Origin: an uncultured Rikenellaceae bacterium
GTDB lineage: Bacteria > Bacteroidota > Bacteroidia > Bacteroidales > VadinHA17
Assembly: GCA_964389685.1 (NCBI GenBank)
Contig: CAYMFM010000001.1
Location: 143,579-207,578 of the forward strand
Reading direction: 5' to 3'
DNA length: 64,000 nucleotides
Shown here: piece after piece, positions 56,529-64,000 of the stretch
Layout of the letters: every line of letters starts with the position of its first letter
How positions within the stretch are numbered: the stretch's first letter is position 1
Program-made: the position numbers and the translations under genes
The notes under the pieces: generated by a model
The model's input: only the letters and a program-made list of their open reading frames with translations
Told to the model about the DNA's origin: nothing
Database searches by the model: none

Positions 56529-58931
56529 ATGAAAAGCAGAAACAAATATTCAATCGTTATTGGGAATCTGATTATTATTACATGTTTGTTGCAAAACTGT
56601 TCAACACAGACGAATCCAGCCCAGCCCATCCAGCCGGTACCCTTCACGTCGGTAAAACTGACGGACAATTTCTGGGCTCCGAGGATTAAGAAGAATCACG
56701 AAGTAACAATTCCCATTGCTATAGCCCAGTCTGAAGAGACCGGAAGGATAAAGAATTTCAAAATCGCCGGGGGTTATGAAGAGGGGGAATTCTGCTCGAT
56801 CTATCCGTTTGATGATTCGGATGTCTTCAAGATCATCGAGGGTGCATCCTATTCCCTGCAAACCTTCCCGGATCCGGAGCTGGAAGCCATCGTTGATACC
56901 CTGATCTTCTATATTGGGGAAGCCCAGGAGGAGGATGGCTACCTCTATACCTACCGCACCATCATGGGGGATGATTCACACCCCTGGGTGGGTAAACGAT
57001 GGGAAAAAACACACCTCCTCAGCCACGAACTGTATAACCTGGGACACATGTATGAGGCAGCTGTCGCTCATTACCAGGCAACGGGGAAGAGGACCTTTCT
57101 TGATATTGCCATCAAATCGGCAGATCTGGTTGACCGGGATTTCGGATGGGGAAAGTTTGAAAGCTACCCCGGTCACCAGGAGATCGAAATCGGTCTGGTA
57201 AAACTCTACCGGGTAACAGGCGATCGGAGATACCTGAACCTGGCCAAGTTTTTTCTCGATGTACGTGGTGGTGGAGAGGAGTACAGCCAGTCGCACAAAA
57301 AAGTGATAGAACAGGATTCCGCCGTGGGACATTCGGTAAGGGCAGCCTATATGTATTCCGGAATGGCTGATGTTGCCGCTATGACCAACGATCAGGCTTA
57401 CGTGGATGCCATAAGCCGGATATGGGAGGATATCGTCTTCAGGAAAATCTATATCACCGGTGGCATTGGTGCAGCAGGAGGTAATGAGGGATTTGCAGAA
57501 CCCTACAACCTGCCTAACCTCACGGCTTATTGTGAAACCTGTGCTTCCATTGCCAATGTGTTCTGGAACCACCGGATGTTCCAGCATAAGGGTGAAGTGA
57601 AGTATTATGATGTGCTGGAGCGTACACTCTATAACGCACTTCTTTCCGGTGTTTCCCTGAGCGGCGACCTATTCTTTTACCCCAACCGCCTTGAATCCTA
57701 TGGTCAGCACGAGCGGCAGGAATGGTTTGGCTGTGCTTGCTGCCCTTCCAATATTTGTAGGTTCCTGCCATCCATTCCAGGGTATATATATGGAAAAACA
57801 ACGGATCGACTGTACGTTAACCTCTATATTGGCAACAGGGCTGTGATTGATCTGGATGGTGAGCGGGTCGAAATTGTACAGCAAACGGATTATCCATGGG
57901 ATGGCAACATCGAAATAATACTCAATCCGGTAAACAAAATGGCTTTCAAACTGTATCTCCGGATACCCGGGTGGGCAAGGAATGAAGCCATTCCAAGCGA
58001 TCTCTATCATTTCCTTGAACCCTCTGATGAAGAGATATCCCTGACCCTGAATGGTATGGAAAAACGTGCCGGGATCGAAGAGGGTTATCTGATCATTGAC
58101 AGGGAGTGGGAACCGGGTGATGTTGTAAAACTAACCCTTCCAATGCCGGTCAGAAGCATTGTGGCACACGATTCAGTTACCGAAGACAGAGACAAAATCG
58201 CCATTCAACGCGGACCGATTGTATATTGTGCCGAAGGGAAAGACAGGGAAAACGGACAGGTCATGAACCTGATACTTGATCCGGAAGAACCTATGAGCAC
58301 ACGGTTTGAAGGAGATCTCCTCAAGGGAGTACAGGTTGTCACCGCAACGGCAAGCCCGGCAAGAAAAACCCTTGAAAATGAAATTGCCGTGGATGAACCC
58401 ACGGAGATTACCCTGATTCCATACCATGTCTGGGCAAACCGGGGACCTTCCGAAATGATCGTCTGGTTCCCTGCTACAACGGAGGTTAGCCATCCGTCCC
58501 CAGCCCCGACTATAGCCTACAGGAGCACGGTGACGGGGTCACTTCCAAAAGCAGATATAAATTGCATTAAGGATCAAATGCCTGTTAAGCATTCCAACGA
58601 CCACTCGGTTCCGTATTACCACTGGTGGCCCGGGAAAGATCAGACCGAATGGTTGCAATATACCTTCGATCAACAGGAAACCGTTTCAAGAGTGAGGGTA
58701 TACTGGTTTGATGACCGGCCACACGGGGGTTGCAGAATTCCAGACTCGTGGCAGGTTCTTTATGAATCGGGTAATGGCTGGAAACCGGTTAAGGTGAAGG
58801 GTGAATATACCATTACAAAAGATGACTGGGATGAGATCGAGTTTGAACCCGTTACAACATCTGCTTTGAAACTGGAGGTTACGCTGAGCAAGGAATTCTC
58901 CAGCGGGATATATGAATGGGAAGTGTGGTAA
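56529..58931 (+). CDS. GH127 beta-L-arabinofuranosidase-like lipoprotein with a C-terminal beta-sandwich
   Basis: FDDSDVFK, HELYNLGH, GHQEIE, GHSVRA, ETCASIA, WFGCACCPSN (Zn-Cys motif). Confidence 0.92.
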   Translation: MKSRNKYSIVIGNLIIITCLLQNCSTQTNPAQPIQPVPFTSVKLTDNFWAPRIKKNHEVTIPIAIAQSEETGRIKNFKIAGGYEEGEFCSIYPFDDSDVFKIIEGASYSLQTFPDPELEAIVDTLIFYIGEAQEEDGYLYTYRTIMGDDSHPWVGKRWEKTHLLSHELYNLGHMYEAAVAHYQATGKRTFLDIAIKSADLVDRDFGWGKFESYPGHQEIEIGLVKLYRVTGDRRYLNLAKFFLDVRGGGEEYSQSHKKVIEQDSAVGHSVRAAYMYSGMADVAAMTNDQAYVDAISRIWEDIVFRKIYITGGIGAAGGNEGFAEPYNLPNLTAYCETCASIANVFWNHRMFQHKGEVKYYDVLERTLYNALLSGVSLSGDLFFYPNRLESYGQHERQEWFGCACCPSNICRFLPSIPGYIYGKTTDRLYVNLYIGNRAVIDLDGERVEIVQQTDYPWDGNIEIILNPVNKMAFKLYLRIPGWARNEAIPSDLYHFLEPSDEEISLTLNGMEKRAGIEEGYLIIDREWEPGDVVKLTLPMPVRSIVAHDSVTEDRDKIAIQRGPIVYCAEGKDRENGQVMNLILDPEEPMSTRFEGDLLKGVQVVTATASPARKTLENEIAVDEPTEITLIPYHVWANRGPSEMIVWFPATTEVSHPSPAPTIAYRSTVTGSLPKADINCIKDQMPVKHSNDHSVPYYHWWPGKDQTEWLQYTFDQQETVSRVRVYWFDDRPHGGCRIPDSWQVLYESGNGWKPVKVKGEYTITKDDWDEIEFEPVTTSALKLEVTLSKEFSSGIYEWEVW

Positions 58932-58998
58932 ATAAAAAAAGAAATATCGAATAGCCAATAATGAATGTTGAATGAAGAAGTTTTTTAAAACTTAACAG

Positions 58999-61653
58999 AT
59001 GAAAAAAATTCTATTTCATTTTTTTATTTTTTGTAGTATTACTTTTGCATCAAAGAATATTTTAGCCCAGAAGGATCCATTCGATGCTTTTCAGTACAGA
59101 AATCTGGGTGCATTCCGAATCAGTGCCTGGGTGGGTGATATCGCGGTACCGGAAAATCCGGGAGAGAAACACAAATACACTTTTTATGTTGTACCCCGTG
59201 CCGGGGGGGTATGGAAAACCACGAACAACGGAACCACGTTTGAATGCATTTCGGATACCATGGGAACCTCCTCCATGGGAGATGTGGCAGTAGCACCCTC
59301 CAATCCGGATATTGTCTGGGTTGGTACCGGTGAGGATTTCAATGCCCGCTCTTCCTATTATGGAAACGGCATCTGGAAATCCGACGATGCAGGGAAGACC
59401 TGGAGACATATGGGACTGGATGATTCCCACCACATCGCAAAAATCATCATTCACCCCTCCAATCCGGATATTGTCTGGGTGGCTGTTATGGGGCACCTGT
59501 TCAGCAACAACGAGGAACGGGGGGTCTTCAAAACCACCGATGGAGGAGAAACCTGGGCAAAGGTACTCTATGTGGATGACGCCACCGGGTTTATCGATAT
59601 GGTCATCCATCCTGAAAATCCGGATATTTTGTATGCCTGCAGCTATGAGAAGATCAGAACTCCCTGGACTTATGTACCGGGAGGAGATAAAAGCAGGATC
59701 TATAAAACAACCGATGGGGGAACCAGCTGGGAAATACTGAAAGGAGGATTACCGGAAGGTAAGTTAGGACGCATTGGCATTGACATCCACCGGTCTGATC
59801 CGGATATCCTGGTGACGGTAATCCAGAACCTGAATCTCAAACCGGGAGCAGATCCTGATGCCCCGGTACCATTTGATGAATTCACCGATCATTCGTTTGA
59901 CAACCTGATCGGCGGGGAAGTTTACCGGTCATTCGATGCCGGAATGTCATGGAAAAGAATGAACGATCCGGAGAAAATCGATGTCAGCGGTAAGGCGGCC
60001 TATAGTTTCAACAAAATCTACATCGATCCGTTCGATCCGGATAAAATTTACATCATCGGTGTGGGACAATACTATACACTCGATGGTGGGGAAACATGGC
60101 CATCTTTCAGGGAACAGGATCGCTTCCAGTCGAATTTCGGCGATAACCGTACCTTCTGGATCGATCCGAAAGATCCGCAACACATGATGCTGGGATCAGA
60201 TGGAGGAATATATGCCACATGGGACGGTGGGAAGACCATGAACCATTATTACCAGCTGCCGCTCGGTGAGATTTATATGGTGGAGGTGGATGATGCTGAA
60301 CCCTATATCATTTACATTGGCCTCCAGGACCATGAAGTGTGGAAAGGACCCTCCAACAGCTGGTCAGGACAGGTCAGCATCAAAGACTGGGTCATCGTTG
60401 GCATGTGGGATGGTATGCACTGCAAGGTGGATCATACCGATAACCGCTGGCTCTATTTTACCACACAGTTCGGCAAACACCACCGCGTGGACCAGTCCAT
60501 CGGTGAGCGGGTCGAAATCACACCCAGGGCTCCGGAGGGGGAGGATTTTTACCGGTATACCTGGAATACTCCCATCATGCTCTCTCCTCATGACAGCAAA
60601 GTGATCTATACCGGTGGACAAAAATTGCTTCGTTCAGCCGACCGGGGAGACTCTTGGGAAGCGATCAGCCCCGACCTGACCGATAACGATAAGGGAAAAA
60701 TTGCCGGGACAGGTCATATCATGTATTGTACCATCACCACCATCTCAGAATCTCCGCTTGAAGAAGGAGTGATCTGGGTGGGGACCGATGACGGACATGT
60801 TCATATGACCAGAAACGGAGGTAAAACCTGGGAGGAAATGACCGGGAAGCTAACAGCCCTGGGGGCCCCGCCTGACCGCTGGGTAAGCCGGGTGGTGACT
60901 TCCGGCCACGATGCAGGAACGGCATATGTGACCAAATGCGGATTCCGGAACGATGACTTCACACCCTATGTATTTAAAACAACTGACTATGGTAAAACCT
61001 GGCAGGATATCTCTTCCGATCTTCCGGACTATCCGGTCAATGTGATCTATGAGGACTTCAAGAGCAAGGATCTTCTGTTTGTGGGTAATGATATCGGGGT
61101 GTACGTTAGCCTGAATGGCGGGCAGAGTTGGTCCCCCTTACAGGCAAATATGCCCACTGTGGTTGTGCGGGATCTCCTGGTCCATCCCCGTGAAAATGAC
61201 CTCGTGGTTGGAACCTATGGACGGGGAGCCTGGATCACCGATATCAGCCCACTGCAACAATTCACAACAACAGTGCAGGAATCGGAATACTACCTGTTCG
61301 ATATCGAACCCAAACCCCAGATGAATTTTTCGCAGCAAGCCTGGTGGGGAAATTATCACATGACTGGCAGTAACCACATCCGGACACCTAATGAACCGGT
61401 CGGCCTGGAAATATGGTATTACTTCAGAGACAACCACGATGGAGAAGCAACAATTACGGTAAAGAATGGGAAAGGGGAGAAAGTTCATAGCCGTTCCGTT
61501 AAACCGGAACAGGGGATTCATAAATTCTATTGGAATACACTGCGCAGCAACCCTGGTGAATATACCGTGACACTGGAATGGGAAAATAATTCCATGAGTA
61601 AAAAAGGAGTGGTAACGGAACGATGGCAATGGCCGGTGCTGAATTATAAGTAA
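58999..61653 (+). CDS. VPS10/BNR-repeat beta-propeller (sortilin/xyloglucanase-like) secreted protein
   Basis: Signal peptide; repeated S/TxDGGxTW Asp-boxes; GGVWKTTNNG, GTYGRG. Confidence 0.85.
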   Translation: MKKILFHFFIFCSITFASKNILAQKDPFDAFQYRNLGAFRISAWVGDIAVPENPGEKHKYTFYVVPRAGGVWKTTNNGTTFECISDTMGTSSMGDVAVAPSNPDIVWVGTGEDFNARSSYYGNGIWKSDDAGKTWRHMGLDDSHHIAKIIIHPSNPDIVWVAVMGHLFSNNEERGVFKTTDGGETWAKVLYVDDATGFIDMVIHPENPDILYACSYEKIRTPWTYVPGGDKSRIYKTTDGGTSWEILKGGLPEGKLGRIGIDIHRSDPDILVTVIQNLNLKPGADPDAPVPFDEFTDHSFDNLIGGEVYRSFDAGMSWKRMNDPEKIDVSGKAAYSFNKIYIDPFDPDKIYIIGVGQYYTLDGGETWPSFREQDRFQSNFGDNRTFWIDPKDPQHMMLGSDGGIYATWDGGKTMNHYYQLPLGEIYMVEVDDAEPYIIYIGLQDHEVWKGPSNSWSGQVSIKDWVIVGMWDGMHCKVDHTDNRWLYFTTQFGKHHRVDQSIGERVEITPRAPEGEDFYRYTWNTPIMLSPHDSKVIYTGGQKLLRSADRGDSWEAISPDLTDNDKGKIAGTGHIMYCTITTISESPLEEGVIWVGTDDGHVHMTRNGGKTWEEMTGKLTALGAPPDRWVSRVVTSGHDAGTAYVTKCGFRNDDFTPYVFKTTDYGKTWQDISSDLPDYPVNVIYEDFKSKDLLFVGNDIGVYVSLNGGQSWSPLQANMPTVVVRDLLVHPRENDLVVGTYGRGAWITDISPLQQFTTTVQESEYYLFDIEPKPQMNFSQQAWWGNYHMTGSNHIRTPNEPVGLEIWYYFRDNHDGEATITVKNGKGEKVHSRSVKPEQGIHKFYWNTLRSNPGEYTVTLEWENNSMSKKGVVTERWQWPVLNYK

Positions 61654-61767
61654 TACTCTGTATTGAAAAATTATTTTGCTGGTAAATGCTTGAAAAATAA
61701 ATATGCGAAGAGAACAATCGTGCCTGGGCCTCCAGTGGATCGGGGTTTGAATTTGCGGTTCTAATTA

Positions 61768-61966
61768 TTCGTCGCCCCAGCTTAAGTGGAGCGACGAAAT
61801 ACCGGTCGTGCCCCGACTTCAGATCGGGGTACGACTATGGAACTCCCGGATACTCGTCGCCTGAGTTGTCGCATAGCGATTCTCCAAGGGAGTCCTATGG
61901 ACCTTCGGAATAATCGAGCGACGAGGGAAAGTGGTCGTGCACTCGTTTAAAACGGATATACACTAT
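61768..61966. repeat. Two tandem double-hairpin modules with variable inserts
   Basis: TCGTCGC..GCGACGA followed by GGTCGTGC..., present twice with different loop contents. Confidence 0.75.
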
Positions 61967-61979
61967 TAATTTGATACAA

Positions 61980-64000
61980 ATGGGGAAATTTTTTTGTAAA
62001 ACCAAAAGACTCTGGGAAAAAGGAACACCTGCCATTTATAGAATCCCACTCATATTCGGTTTCCTTTTTATTCTCCCGACTCTGTGGGCACAGGAATCTC
62101 TTTCAGAACAGGATTACAAACAAGCCATCAGCTTTCTCTGGGAGAACGTGAACAACAAGAAAGCCTTCAACCTCTTTGTCCCGCCCCATTATTTCCCCGA
62201 TAGCACGGGAATGTGGCACCTTACCCATCAACCCGGAAGAAAAACATTCCGGAAGGTTGAATTTGATCAGAAGAAAATCACCCCGCTGTTTGATCACAAA
62301 AAAATAGCGGATATTCTGACCGACTCACTGGAGAGGAAAGTTAATCCCGATTCACTCCCTTTCGACAGGATTGAATACATCAACAAAAACCTGCTGCGGT
62401 TCAGGGTTGAAAGGAAAACCTGGGATCTCGATTTAAAGACTTATCGGATCCAACAATACAGGGAAAAAGAGGAGCTGAAACCCAACGAATCCAGATCACC
62501 CGATGGGAAATGGATTGCATTTTCAGAGGATTATAATTTGTACATCCGGTCTACTGAAACCGGTGACACCTTTCAGTTAAGCAGCGATGGTGAAAAGAAC
62601 TTCGAATATGCCAGCTACTTTGGATGGTACGATTTATTGGAAGGAGAGAATGGAGAACGCCCTGAGCATTTTACAGTAGACTGGTCAAAAGATTCGAAAT
62701 ATATACAGGCTTTCATCTGTGATCTTAGATATGCAGAAAAAATGTACCTGCTGGATTGGAGCATCGATTCCCTCTACCGGCCCAAATTATTGGGTTACTA
62801 CCGCGGCTCTCCCGGTGATACAACCATGGTTCATATGATACCCGTATTCTTTGACGTGGAGAAGAAGGAGAAGATTCCACTGGACCTTCCGCGAAACACC
62901 CATATCAATGCGGTGGGGTTTCGATGGTCCGACACACCCGGGATGGTATACATGGAGGATCCTAAACGGGGCTATCAGAGACTTGAATTGTCCCTCATCG
63001 ATCTTCCACAACGGAAAATTAAAAACCTGATAACCGAAACATCAACCACTAACATCGACAATTTCAGCTATTGGATGGTTGAGGATGAAGATTTGCTGTT
63101 TTTCGCTTCGGAACGAAGCGGATGGAGACAACTGTACCGGTATGATTTGAATAAAGAGGAGATCAGCCCCCTGACAAAGGGAAAATTTTATGTAAATAGC
63201 GTGGAATACATTGATGAGAAGAACGGGTTGGTCTATTTCATGGCTTCCGGCAGGGAACCCGGACGAAATCCTTACTACCAGCATTTGTACAGAATATCCT
63301 TTAACGGAAAGGGCCTAAGGTTACTGACCCCTGAGGATACACATCACCAGGTGAGTTTTTCGCCGGATGGGGCTTTTTTTGTTGACAATTACTCAACCGC
63401 ACAGAAGCCTACCCGGACTGTTTTGTGTAAAGTTAGTTCGGGTGAACTGATTTTACCAATTGCTGAAGCGGATATTAACGCCCTGGAGAATACAGGCTGG
63501 TCACCACCGGAAACCTTCGAAGCCATTGCCCGTGATGGGGAAACCACGATTTACGGAGCAATCTGGAAGCCAACCACATTTGATCCTGCGAATAAATACC
63601 CTGTCATTGATAACAGCTATACCGGACCGCATACCCAGATGTTCCCGAAGGATTTTCAGCGGGTGATAAGCCTGGAGAACCAGGCACTGGCTGAGTTCGG
63701 ATTTGTGGTAATCATGGTGGATGGATTGGGATCTTCAGGCCGATCCAAGGCATTTCATGATGTTTCCTATAAGCATCTGGGGTACAATCTGACCGATCAT
63801 GTACTGGCTATCAGACAGCTGGGTGAACGGTATGCCTGGATCGATACCAGCAGGGTGGGGATTTTTGGCCATTCTGCCGGTGGGTATGATGCAGGACATG
63901 CAGTGTTGCAGTTTCCCGATTTTTATAAGGTCGCTGTTGCCAGCTCTGCCGATCACGATCACCGGATGGAAAAAGCCTGGTGGCCCGAGATGTATATGGG
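61980..64000 (+). CDS. S9/DPP IV-family peptidase (3' end outside the window)
   Basis: Not in the ORF track. ATG at 61980 (MGKFFCKTKRLWEKG...LWAQESLSEQDY); catalytic motif VGIFGHSAGGYD near 63855-63890. Confidence 0.9.
   Translation, partial: MGKFFCKTKRLWEKGTPAIYRIPLIFGFLFILPTLWAQESLSEQDYKQAISFLWENVNNKKAFNLFVPPHYFPDSTGMWHLTHQPGRKTFRKVEFDQKKITPLFDHKKIADILTDSLERKVNPDSLPFDRIEYINKNLLRFRVERKTWDLDLKTYRIQQYREKEELKPNESRSPDGKWIAFSEDYNLYIRSTETGDTFQLSSDGEKNFEYASYFGWYDLLEGENGERPEHFTVDWSKDSKYIQAFICDLRYAEKMYLLDWSIDSLYRPKLLGYYRGSPGDTTMVHMIPVFFDVEKKEKIPLDLPRNTHINAVGFRWSDTPGMVYMEDPKRGYQRLELSLIDLPQRKIKNLITETSTTNIDNFSYWMVEDEDLLFFASERSGWRQLYRYDLNKEEISPLTKGKFYVNSVEYIDEKNGLVYFMASGREPGRNPYYQHLYRISFNGKGLRLLTPEDTHHQVSFSPDGAFFVDNYSTAQKPTRTVLCKVSSGELILPIAEADINALENTGWSPPETFEAIARDGETTIYGAIWKPTTFDPANKYPVIDNSYTGPHTQMFPKDFQRVISLENQALAEFGFVVIMVDGLGSSGRSKAFHDVSYKHLGYNLTDHVLAIRQLGERYAWIDTSRVGIFGHSAGGYDAGHAVLQFPDFYKVAVASSADHDHRMEKAWWPEMYM

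Overview
Chromosomal window from a Bacteroidota bacterium, probably an anaerobic Bacteroidales/Marinilabiliales type (inferred from a T9SS-type C-terminal domain, a TAnnTTTG promoter element and a corrinoid protein). Layout: (1) 1-6.8 kb, a LytS-type TPR histidine kinase/LytTR pair upstream of an ompA-DUF4412-secreted ASH-domain protein operon, with three 21-bp-spaced direct repeats between them; (2) 6.9-8.4 kb, a decayed region ending at tRNA-Cys(GCA), whose 3' end is duplicated; (3) 11.3-18.3 kb, a ThuA/oxidoreductase/Gfo/DUF6807 operon plus DUF1295 and eda; (4) 18.5-19.2 kb, a four-helix-bundle gene between inverted heptamer arrays; (5) 19.2-43.0 kb, a co-oriented glycoside-catabolism locus with no SusC/SusD, containing an epimerase, sodium symporter, GH-like proteins, GH38, a Tat-type PLP enzyme, an Fe-S flavin oxidoreductase, SDR, ROK kinase, heparinase-like protein, a UroD/MT2-like protein and a stand-alone corrinoid protein; (6) a CotH/T9SS protein; (7) 46.8-58.9 kb, an L-arabinose regulon with three AraR-type operators; (8) a VPS10-like protein and an S9 peptidase cut by the window edge. 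Intergenic DNA is dense in REP-like hairpins, nuclease-gene stubs (DUF559, GIY-YIG) and 14-30 bp palindromic units nested inside one another. The two best leads are the corrinoid-linked sugar locus and the family of ultra-small nested insertions and repeat-flanked cassettes. All family calls come from motifs read by eye; no database search was run.
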